Positions 9,398 to 16,854 of a stretch of DNA of 64,000 bases are shown piece after piece; positions within the stretch are counted from its first letter, which is position 1; every line of letters starts with the position of its first letter. Under the pieces are notes generated by a model. The model searched no databases, was not told where the DNA came from, and worked only from the letters and a program-made list of their open reading frames with translations. The stretch spans positions 62,001 through 126,000 of the IMG/VR virus record IMGVR_UViG_3300023174_000045. One strand, 5' to 3'. Made by a program: the position numbers and the translations under genes.

Positions 9398-9403
9398 CCC
9401 ACA

Positions 9404-9628
9404 ATGCAAGACACAAAAGAGATCTATTACGGCATGTTTACAGATGCAGGCAACCAGGCTGTGCATGCCATTGTTGAACACGCTCAAGCCAGCAGTCTGA
9501 CTTGGTTGGAAGTGTATCAAGAACTGTGCCGCTTGGCTGAAGTCAAGGCATTTGGTGAAGCCACTGACACCATGGTGCGTGAGATTGTTTATGACGCATT
9601 AGGTTTCAATTCTGATTTTTACGTTTAA
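9404..9628 (+). CDS. hypothetical early protein
   Basis: ORF after promoter and SD. Confidence 0.8.
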   Translation: MQDTKEIYYGMFTDAGNQAVHAIVEHAQASSLTWLEVYQELCRLAEVKAFGEATDTMVREIVYDALGFNSDFYV

Positions 9629-9638
9629 GGAGTCGGAG

Positions 9639-9827
9639 ATGACAATACGTAACGAATATTTGTGGCTTGTGTTGATTGTGGCCATCATCATTGTTGGCCC
9701 GCTGTTGAGCATCTGGGCCTTGAACACTTTGTTCCCTGTGTTGGCAATCCCTTACACCTTTGAAACATGGTTGGCTGTGATGTTGGTAGGCGGTATGTTC
9801 CGTGGCAGTTTTGTTCGGAAAGACTGA
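9639..9827 (+). CDS. small membrane protein
   Basis: Two hydrophobic segments; AAGGAG SD. Confidence 0.7.
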   Translation: MTIRNEYLWLVLIVAIIIVGPLLSIWALNTLFPVLAIPYTFETWLAVMLVGGMFRGSFVRKD

Positions 9828-9828
9828 T

Positions 9829-10596
9829 ATGTTTGTAGACGTAACCAACATGACAGCCCGTGACGTGCAACGTCTGGGTCACGAGGACGATGAGGGTCCT
9901 GTGCAACGCCAGTGGACATCACGCCGCAGTGCCGGTGGTGGACATCGTGGCTACAGTATCAGTGATGTGTGGGGTGCGGCATGCCATGCACAACGCATCA
10001 ATGGTGCCTACATCAAACAAGATGAGTGGGAACTGCCTTCAGAGTCGGCAACTGCTGTGCAACTCAAACGCAAGAGCAATCGCAACATCATGATGGAAGC
10101 CTTGGAAAATCCTTTCATGATCACTGACGAAGATCGTGTGGCAGGTGGGGAGTGCCTGAAATTCATTCAAAATGACATGACCTTCCGAGCACTGAAAAAT
10201 CAGCTCACAGACTTTGACCGTAGTGTAATGAAGATCACTGCTGTGACAGATAGATTCTTTCCGCAGGCGCATAAATTAGAATTAGCCACTGTGGCTTGTT
10301 TGCCCAACAGCTATCAACGTGCTTTGCAACGCATTGCGGAACAGGACCGGATCAATCAAACTGTTGGCTACATAGGCACAGTGGGCGACAAGGTCACAGT
10401 CACAGTGGACATTGTTCGTTGCAACTTCAGTCAGAAGTGGAACACCTATTATGCCACTGGCATCACAGCCAACAATGAAACAGTGTTCTTTTCCATCCGT
10501 GAACCCTTGAACACAGGCACAACATTGTCAATCCGTGGTACCGTCAAAGCTCACCGTGACGGACAAACCCAACTCAACCGTGTGAGCGTTTTATAA
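9829..10596 (+). CDS. hypothetical protein with C-terminal OB-fold-like domain
   Basis: C-terminal beta-rich region ending IRGTVKAH..QTQLNRV. Confidence 0.6.
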   Translation: MFVDVTNMTARDVQRLGHEDDEGPVQRQWTSRRSAGGGHRGYSISDVWGAACHAQRINGAYIKQDEWELPSESATAVQLKRKSNRNIMMEALENPFMITDEDRVAGGECLKFIQNDMTFRALKNQLTDFDRSVMKITAVTDRFFPQAHKLELATVACLPNSYQRALQRIAEQDRINQTVGYIGTVGDKVTVTVDIVRCNFSQKWNTYYATGITANNETVFFSIREPLNTGTTLSIRGTVKAHRDGQTQLNRVSVL

Positions 10597-10606
10597 GGGA
10601 ATCGCA

Positions 10607-10735
10607 ATGAAAAATATCTTTATTGGTTTTGTATTAGGCTTGGTTGTTGCGTCAGTGGGCTTTTCGGGCATTGCTCGAATTGCTGACCGAGGCGTCCAAA
10701 CCATCCAAACCCAAAGCAAAGAATTGGCCCAGTAA
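10607..10735 (+). CDS. small membrane protein, 42 aa (not in ORF track)
   Basis: MKNIFIGFVLGLVVASVGFSGIARIADRGVQTIQTQSKELAQ after AAGGGA. Confidence 0.6.
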   Translation: MKNIFIGFVLGLVVASVGFSGIARIADRGVQTIQTQSKELAQ

Positions 10736-10771
10736 TTCGGGCAAATCAAATCTAGATTGTGCAAAAAATGG

Positions 10772-10800
10772 TTGACACCAATATCGTTTTTGTGTATAAT
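10772..10800 (+). promoter_or_regulatory. sigma70-type promoter
   Basis: TTGACA-N17-TATAAT, perfect consensus. Confidence 0.85.
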
Positions 10801-10865
10801 TTGGATATGCTGACAAACAGCATGTTTCGTAACTTAACTTTAGGCAACTTTTGAAAGGCAACATC

Positions 10866-11219
10866 ATGTCAAACGACAAAACTTTTACCGTAGCAGGCAC
10901 CGCAACCAACAAAGATGGCACCGTCAAGGTCCGCTTTGCAAACGATCTTGTGGCTCGTATCAAGATCTTGAACAAGGCAGGTTGCAACAACATCAACTTG
11001 GTTGAACTGCCCCAGGCAATGACCAAGTTAGAAGCCCTGCAATACCTGCAGGCGCAAGGCATCACCACTGGTGATGAAGGCTTTGCAGTAGCAAACAAGC
11101 TGGCTGAGAAGAGCAAAGTGGCCAAGAAAGGCGAAGTCAAGGTCTCTGCAAAGAGTGCCAAGGCCAAGTCTGCTCCTGCAACTGTCAAGTCAGATGCAGT
11201 TGAAAGCACCAACGCCTAA
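10866..11219 (+). CDS. hypothetical basic protein with Lys/Ala-rich tail
   Basis: ORF between promoter and terminator. Confidence 0.75.
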   Translation: MSNDKTFTVAGTATNKDGTVKVRFANDLVARIKILNKAGCNNINLVELPQAMTKLEALQYLQAQGITTGDEGFAVANKLAEKSKVAKKGEVKVSAKSAKAKSAPATVKSDAVESTNA

Positions 11220-11237
11220 TACAAATAGGCTCCCAAC

Positions 11238-11262
11238 AACGCCGTCATTGACGGCGTTTTTT
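11238..11262 (+). terminator. intrinsic terminator
   Basis: AACGCCGTC-att-GACGGCGTT followed by T-run. Confidence 0.75.
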
Positions 11263-11291
11263 ATTGACGGCGCAAAAGAGATAATTACTGT

Positions 11292-11552
11292 ATGCACGAA
11301 TTCGAAAATGATCCCATCTACAACTACGCTAAAAATGTCATGTTTCAAATCATGACAGTGTTATACATAAACGGCCGCACAGAAGCGCACGTGGGTGCCA
11401 TTATGCGACTGTTAGGTGTAGATGAAGACCATGCCCGATTGCACGACGATGAGAGAATCGAACTGGATGAAAATTTTGCTCGGATGGCAGCTGAATTAAA
11501 TATGAATGAGCTTGTATCTGCTCAAGTCCCCCAAGGAACCACAATCCATTAA
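11292..11552 (+). CDS. hypothetical protein
   Basis: ORF coupled to next gene. Confidence 0.7.
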   Translation: MHEFENDPIYNYAKNVMFQIMTVLYINGRTEAHVGAIMRLLGVDEDHARLHDDERIELDENFARMAAELNMNELVSAQVPQGTTIH

Positions 11553-11800
11553 TGTCTATTCCCACGTACCGTGCAGTTGAACCACTGTACATTGTGATGT
11601 TGCGTAACAACAACCAAGCAGAACCCATGTTCAAAACTTGGATACGCCGACATCAAATTGAACATGCCACAGTCTCAGGCAACCGGATGATGCTTCATCA
11701 CCAACAAGCATTTGATCGATTTCTTGTGACTTGGACACATGAGTGGACTGCCATCACTGTGTGGGATACTTGGAACCGCAGACACATCTACGTGGACTAG
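11552..11800 (+). CDS. hypothetical protein
   Basis: TAATG-coupled ORF. Confidence 0.7.
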   Translation: MSIPTYRAVEPLYIVMLRNNNQAEPMFKTWIRRHQIEHATVSGNRMMLHHQQAFDRFLVTWTHEWTAITVWDTWNRRHIYVD

Positions 11801-11828
11801 GCAAGAGTGCCAAATTCATGCTTTTTTC

Positions 11829-11857
11829 TTGACATGCTGTTGAAAGGCATGTATAAT
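11829..11857 (+). promoter_or_regulatory. sigma70-type promoter
   Basis: TTGACA-N17-TATAAT. Confidence 0.85.
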
Positions 11858-11882
11858 TACTATTCACAACAAAGGAGTCTAC

Positions 11883-12071
11883 ATGACCAATCATGAACAA
11901 ATCGTAGCCGCTTACGACACATACATTGCGGAAAATGAAAAATTCACAGCCAAAGGCGTCAAAGCCGCCGCGGCTCGTGCTAGAAAAGCCTTGCAAGAAA
12001 TGAGCAAAGGCATCAAAGAACGCAGAAAAGAAATCACAGCAGAGAAGGAAGCTCTTGCGGCAGCCAAGTAA
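11883..12071 (+). CDS. histone H1-like Hc1-family small basic protein
   Basis: EKF..KGVKAAAARARKAL.E...KE.RK pattern; AAGGAG SD. Confidence 0.65.
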   Translation: MTNHEQIVAAYDTYIAENEKFTAKGVKAAAARARKALQEMSKGIKERRKEITAEKEALAAAK

Positions 12072-12084
12072 CACCCAGCCTGAG

Positions 12085-12264
12085 ATGCAAGAACTACATT
12101 CGTGGCCCTTGCACCTCACTGCCGACCTACGGCAGAAACTGTTGGATGACAAACTGCGTCGAGCCCAAAATTACTGGGAGGCGCAGAAAAAATCCGCAGT
12201 GCCAAAAATCGCAAATTCCCATGTCAATATCAGCAACACCGATACCCACGCTAACATTAGATGA
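12085..12264 (+). CDS. hypothetical protein
   Basis: Short ORF filling the gap. Confidence 0.45.
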   Translation: MQELHSWPLHLTADLRQKLLDDKLRRAQNYWEAQKKSAVPKIANSHVNISNTDTHANIR

Positions 12265-12700
12265 AGTCAATGAGTTGACCACTCACATAACCAGTGGTAC
12301 AGGAACTGACACCATCAACTGGGGCACTTCGGCCGGTTGGACCACAACAGGAACCACTATATCAGCCATTGGTGGCGGAACTGGATACACTTATACCTCA
12401 CCCAACACAGTGCCTTGGATCAGTACTGGTACTGGTACTGGTACTTTAAGTGTTGAACAAAGTGGCAGCATAGAAATCCAAGGTGAAAATGCTGACATCA
12501 AGATGAACGGTAAAAGCATGAAAGCCTGGATGGAAGCGGTAGAGGAACGACTGAACATACTCACACCCAATCCTGAACTGGAAAAAGATTGGGATGACCT
12601 GCGCAGACTGGGCCAACGCTACCGAGCCTTGGAAAAGAAGTGCCGAGAAAAAGCAAAAATGTGGGAAGCCTTGAAAAAAGTACAACCTAAACAACCATGA
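12221..12700 (+). CDS. hypothetical protein (Thr/Gly-rich N-terminus, coiled C-terminus)
   Basis: ORF; EERLNIL.PNPELE..W..L region. Confidence 0.7.
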   Translation: MSISATPIPTLTLDEVNELTTHITSGTGTDTINWGTSAGWTTTGTTISAIGGGTGYTYTSPNTVPWISTGTGTGTLSVEQSGSIEIQGENADIKMNGKSMKAWMEAVEERLNILTPNPELEKDWDDLRRLGQRYRALEKKCREKAKMWEALKKVQPKQP

Positions 12701-12784
12701 TATTAACGGCATAGTTAATGACAAAAACACACCTTTTTGACAGTTTTTTGACAGGTACACAGCAAAATCAAATAAGTAAAAGTG

Positions 12785-13087
12785 GTGGTAGAACAACACA
12801 TTGCAATCAAATAGGATCTTCTACTGCTAATTGGTACCTTGTCCAATCCAAAAAAACAAGTACCCGTGACACCGACCGATGTTTGTCCAAGCAGGCGCTG
12901 GTGTTCGAAAGAGACTCTCGGAAAGTCTCTTCGTTGACAACTAGAATTGGACAGGCTCATTTCTCAGGACGCGAGCTTGTCTTAAACGAGTATGCCAAGG
13001 AGGCCCGAGGTCTATCTATGCTCATCTCAACCCATCTTCTGTCAATGTGATCTACTCGGGACTCCGCGTATAGCCACGTATTGGCTT
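12785..13087 (+). ncRNA. candidate structured leader/ncRNA upstream of the cell wall hydrolase gene
   Basis: Seven consecutive stem-loops in a 400-nt gap. Confidence 0.45.
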
Positions 13088-13102
13088 TTTAAAGGAAATT
13101 GA

Positions 13103-13678
13103 ATGAAATTAAGTGCGAAACGACCCAATGCCCTGGCATCATGGTCTTCAAAAGTTATCAAGTTATTGGGACTGTTTTTGGTGGTCTCAATTGTGTGGAA
13201 CGTGTGTCAAGCACGTTTGAATGTGTTAAAACAAGACCGAGCAGCCGGCATGGTGGGCTATGTGTCAGCAGAAGACAAGTTGAAACAACTGGATTGCTTA
13301 ACACGCAATATCTACTGGGAAGCCGCCTCAGAGCCGTTTGAAGGCAAAGTAGCAGTGGCCCAGGTCACTATAAACCGTGTAGAATCGGGCCGCTTTGCTG
13401 ACACAGTATGCGGTGTGGTTTATCAAAAGAACGTGTTCTACGAAAAGGTAGTTTGCCAATTCTCATGGTTGTGCGAAGGCAACCACAAGATACGAGCTGT
13501 GTATCAGCCCATGTGGCAAGAAAGCGAACTAGTGGCCAAAAAAGTATTATTGGAAAACTTCCGATTACCCGGCATGAAAAATGCGTTATATTATCATGCT
13601 GATTATGTAAACCCCAACTGGCGCAAACCCCGAATTGAAAAAATCGGTCGTCACATCTTTTATGGAGAACATTCATGA
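13103..13678 (+). CDS. SleB-like cell wall hydrolase (Hydrolase_2)
   Basis: CL..NIYWEA.SEP..GKVAVAQVTINRV, CQFSW, ALYYHADYVNPNW, IGRHIFY; N-terminal TM. Confidence 0.9.
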   Translation: MKLSAKRPNALASWSSKVIKLLGLFLVVSIVWNVCQARLNVLKQDRAAGMVGYVSAEDKLKQLDCLTRNIYWEAASEPFEGKVAVAQVTINRVESGRFADTVCGVVYQKNVFYEKVVCQFSWLCEGNHKIRAVYQPMWQESELVAKKVLLENFRLPGMKNALYYHADYVNPNWRKPRIEKIGRHIFYGEHS

Positions 13679-13986
13679 ACAACTGGCCCTTTAACCTGCA
13701 AACAATCCGTGACTTCTTGACCAATCATCTGAGTAGAATTTCGGCAGATACCTTGGGTTGGTTGGCAGCCATTGTGTTGCACTGTGCTACCTTTCCCACC
13801 CTGCTGGCCTTGATGACTGGACTGAGTGATCGGGTGCCCAGCCTGGATGTGGTGGCGTTTCTTTGGTCAGGGCTTGTATTGCTGTTCTTGCGAGCCATTG
13901 TGCTCAAAGACACCCTAAACATCATCACAATTGGCGTGGGCTTTATAGTACAAGCCGGGCTCATGGCCTTAATACTTTTTCGCTAA
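13675..13986 (+). CDS. three-TM membrane protein
   Basis: Three hydrophobic helices; coupled to the hydrolase gene. Confidence 0.75.
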   Translation: MNNWPFNLQTIRDFLTNHLSRISADTLGWLAAIVLHCATFPTLLALMTGLSDRVPSLDVVAFLWSGLVLLFLRAIVLKDTLNIITIGVGFIVQAGLMALILFR

Positions 13987-14015
13987 TTGACCAATAAACT
14001 GGATTGTGCTATAAT
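13987..14015 (+). promoter_or_regulatory. sigma70-type promoter
   Basis: TTGACC-N17-TATAAT; ATG only 6 nt downstream. Confidence 0.8.
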
Positions 14016-14021
14016 AACAGC

Positions 14022-14252
14022 ATGATCCAGCACAAAACACCACCCAAAAACTATCGAACGATTTGCGCAGACGAGCCTGATTTTGCATTCATAGATGGGA
14101 TCATGTTGGTTAGTCGTGCGGCTATTGAAGTATCTGACAGATGCCCTGACTACTTGAAATCGGCAATCCGCCGTGCATTCAACGAAGGGCACATCAAACT
14201 GGTAGCAAACATTCCTGAACGAGAATACATGTGGGAGAAACTGCAATCATGA
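14022..14252 (+). CDS. hypothetical protein
   Basis: ORF after promoter. Confidence 0.7.
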   Translation: MIQHKTPPKNYRTICADEPDFAFIDGIMLVSRAAIEVSDRCPDYLKSAIRRAFNEGHIKLVANIPEREYMWEKLQS

Positions 14253-14641
14253 CTATGCATCTTGAAGGCCCTTGGCTCAGCATGGGCGGCAAAAAGCGCG
14301 GCAAAGTAAAGTTTCGCAACGCCGAAGAGGCACGGCGTGCCAGAGAACTAGAACAGTCGTGGAAAGAATTACTCAAGCGCCAAGGCGTTGAAGACGAGGC
14401 TAAGAAACGTGCTAGAGCCATGAAGGCACCTGCCTTGGATTACAAATTGAGTACCCCTCCAGGTCGCACAACCAGCACACACATTCCGTCACGCAACACA
14501 GGTGGCAATGCCACATTGGCCGCGCCCAAAGTGTACACAGGTACCAAGGTCAAGGGCATTGCCACCATGCACAAGTCAAACGCCGTGCCTGTGTTCTCAG
14601 ATGAAGAGGCCGTGGAAATCAGTCGCATGCGCCGTGGCTAA
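14249..14641 (+). CDS. hypothetical basic phage protein (GIATMHKSNAVPVF motif)
   Basis: ATGA coupling; motif I recognise from myovirus hypotheticals. Confidence 0.75.
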   Translation: MTMHLEGPWLSMGGKKRGKVKFRNAEEARRARELEQSWKELLKRQGVEDEAKKRARAMKAPALDYKLSTPPGRTTSTHIPSRNTGGNATLAAPKVYTGTKVKGIATMHKSNAVPVFSDEEAVEISRMRRG

Positions 14642-14642
14642 C

Positions 14643-14906
14643 ATGTACTACGGCGTCAAGGGCGACTATGCATGGAAACTCAAATGGAATCGCCCAAATT
14701 ATCTGGAGTGGTACAATGAACCCTGGCTCATGCGTGAAAGTGAACAGGTATGGTATCAAGGCCCACGTGGTGGTGTGAGAATGATCAAGAACGGCAAGTA
14801 TGCCAATCACATAGACCACTCAGCACCGTATCTGCGCCGGGATTCTGAAGCGATGAAACAGTTCGCCTGGATCAAACTTCAAGCACGGGCGTTGAAGCAA
14901 TCATGA
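14643..14906 (+). CDS. hypothetical protein
   Basis: ATG at 14643 in frame with the 14502 ORF. Confidence 0.6.
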   Translation: MYYGVKGDYAWKLKWNRPNYLEWYNEPWLMRESEQVWYQGPRGGVRMIKNGKYANHIDHSAPYLRRDSEAMKQFAWIKLQARALKQS

Positions 14907-15145
14907 TGCTACTTGGGCATGGCACAGTGTTTGGTGAACAGTATTATACTGTGGCTCTGCCCATGGGGTTGATGCCATGGAGTGATATGGAAGAATGGTG
15001 TACGGAAACTTTTGGTGCCAGCACTGGCAGTATTTGGTTCAAGGCCAATATACAGGCACCTAATGAACGTTGGTATCAAAACAACAGCAAGTTTTGGTTT
15101 CAGTCGGAAGCAGATAGAACTTGGTTTGTATTGAGATGGAGTTAG
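14903..15145 (+). CDS. small hypothetical protein (same family as 2043)
   Basis: C-terminal KFWFQSEADRTWFVLRW. Confidence 0.7.
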   Translation: MMLLGHGTVFGEQYYTVALPMGLMPWSDMEEWCTETFGASTGSIWFKANIQAPNERWYQNNSKFWFQSEADRTWFVLRWS

Positions 15146-15146
15146 A

Positions 15147-15302
15147 ATGAAATTAGCATTGATTGTAGTGTTATGTTTGCAGGGTTGTGCCACAGCATTT
15201 GCAGTGGCCGACGTGGCTGGTGCCACTGTGGTGTATGCAGGAAAAACTGTGGTCAATACCATTGACGCCATCACCCCGGACATTGTGAACAAAAAGAAAT
15301 GA
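15147..15302 (+). CDS. small lipoprotein, 51 aa (not in ORF track)
   Basis: MKLALIVVLCLQGC lipobox; GGAG SD. Confidence 0.65.
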   Translation: MKLALIVVLCLQGCATAFAVADVAGATVVYAGKTVVNTIDAITPDIVNKKK

Positions 15303-15337
15303 GAAAGAAACGTTTATTAACCAGCAGAGGAGAAATC

Positions 15338-15757
15338 ATGGAACAAACATTGACTTGGGAACAGCAAGAAGTATTTCGCTTGTTGAAAGCACAACCAGGC
15401 ACCGCCTATCAAGAATCAGACGAGACAGGTCGCATTATTTTTAGAGACTGGATGCGCAGTTTATTGAATGTGAGCGAAGTCACAGTGACCTTTGTCAAAG
15501 CAGATGGCAGCATACGTGACATGCGATGCACATTAGATGGTGATCGAATTCCGCCCCAGCCACCACGTGCAGAAAAGCCTGCCAAGGAAGCACCAGTGGA
15601 TGGACTTAGGCAACATGGCTTCTTGGGAGAGGCCAAAGAAGTCTCCAAACCTGAAGAATCGCACACCCAAAAAGTGTTTGACCTGGATGCAGGTGCCTGG
15701 CGCAGTTTCCGTTACGACAGACTCAAAAAGGTCACAGCCACCGTGAGTTTTGAATAA
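15338..15757 (+). CDS. WYL_2/Sm-like SH3 beta-barrel protein
   Basis: VTFVKADGS.R.M.CTL...VFDLD..AWRSFR motif; AGGAGA SD. Confidence 0.7.
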   Translation: MEQTLTWEQQEVFRLLKAQPGTAYQESDETGRIIFRDWMRSLLNVSEVTVTFVKADGSIRDMRCTLDGDRIPPQPPRAEKPAKEAPVDGLRQHGFLGEAKEVSKPEESHTQKVFDLDAGAWRSFRYDRLKKVTATVSFE

Positions 15758-15764
15758 GTAACGC

Positions 15765-15983
15765 ATGGCCAAAGAAGAAACAATCAGCATGGAGGGCAAG
15801 GTACAAGAAATCCTGCCCAACGCCATGTTTAGGGTATTGCTGGACGATGTCAACACAGAAGTAATTGCATATCTATCAGGCAAAATGCGCACCCACAACA
15901 TCAAAGTGTTGTTGGGCGATAGAGTTGCCATGGAGTTCAGCCCCTACGATTTAACTCGTGGCCGCATTACCCGACGCAGATAA
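15765..15983 (+). CDS. infA: translation initiation factor IF-1
   Basis: [19 protein letters not shown]...SGKMR...[17 protein letters not shown], full-length 72 aa. Confidence 0.97.
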   Translation: MAKEETISMEGKVQEILPNAMFRVLLDDVNTEVIAYLSGKMRTHNIKVLLGDRVAMEFSPYDLTRGRITRRR

Positions 15984-15991
15984 ATATTGTT

Positions 15992-16534
15992 ATGCGTGAA
16001 CATATCGACCTAGTAGAAGCCAGCACAAGACCGGCCAAGTTAGAAACTACCCCTTTGCCTTATGGTCCCAAGGATCTAGCACCTGTTATGAGTGCTGAAA
16101 CCATTGATTATCACTACGAACACTTGGCCAAAGGTTATGCCCGGCGTTACAATGCTGGAGAAGGCAATGCAGATTTCAATCGTGCTGGCAGTTTTTTACA
16201 CAACAAATTTTTCCCACAACTGAGGCCGGTCAAAGGTGCCAACAGGCCGCGTGGTGCTGTGCTGGCCTTGATTGAAGAAAAGTTCAAGACTTACGAAGAT
16301 TTCAAAGCGGCAGTGAAAGAAACTGCCATGAAGATACAGGGCTCGGGTTGGGTTTATTTGAGCACTGGTGGCGACATCAAGACCATTGCCAACCATGCTG
16401 TGCGCACAGATATATGCGTGTTGATTGACTGGTGGGAACATGCCTGGGCATTGGACTACCAAAGTGACAAAGAACGTTACCTAGACAATATTTGGAAAAT
16501 TATTGACTGGGACGTTTGCAACGAAAGATTATGA
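15992..16534 (+). CDS. Fe/Mn superoxide dismutase
   Basis: LPY...LAP.MS.ETI.YH, LH, QGSGW, DWWEHAW.LDY. Confidence 0.9.
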   Translation: MREHIDLVEASTRPAKLETTPLPYGPKDLAPVMSAETIDYHYEHLAKGYARRYNAGEGNADFNRAGSFLHNKFFPQLRPVKGANRPRGAVLALIEEKFKTYEDFKAAVKETAMKIQGSGWVYLSTGGDIKTIANHAVRTDICVLIDWWEHAWALDYQSDKERYLDNIWKIIDWDVCNERL

Positions 16535-16854
16535 TGAATTTACAACCAGCGGCCATTAGTAAACTGCAAGAACTTGTTGCTGAAGAAGGCAATCCCAACT
16601 TGATGTTGCGTGTGTTTGTGCAGGGCGGCGGATGTTCGGGATTTCAATATGGCTTTACATTTGACGAAGCACAAAACGAAGATGACTTTGACTTTGTTTA
16701 CGACTCAGTGAAAGTTGTAGTGGATGCCATGAGCATGCAATACTTACAAGACTCTGCAATTGATTACCGAGAAGATGCCATGGGCGCCAGCTTTGTGATC
16801 AACAATCCACAAGCAGTCAGCACCTGTGGATGTGGTTCAAGTTTTTCAGTCTAA
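16531..16854 (+). CDS. erpA: iron-sulfur cluster insertion protein (ErpA/IscA, HesB family)
   Basis: [20 protein letters not shown] ... TCGCGSSF. Confidence 0.92.
   Translation: MMNLQPAAISKLQELVAEEGNPNLMLRVFVQGGGCSGFQYGFTFDEAQNEDDFDFVYDSVKVVVDAMSMQYLQDSAIDYREDAMGASFVINNPQAVSTCGCGSSFSV

Noticed and set aside
12718-13050. 110-aa ORF in the gap before the SleB gene
   Set aside because: No SD and atypical composition; the region is better explained by RNA structure, though coding is not excluded.
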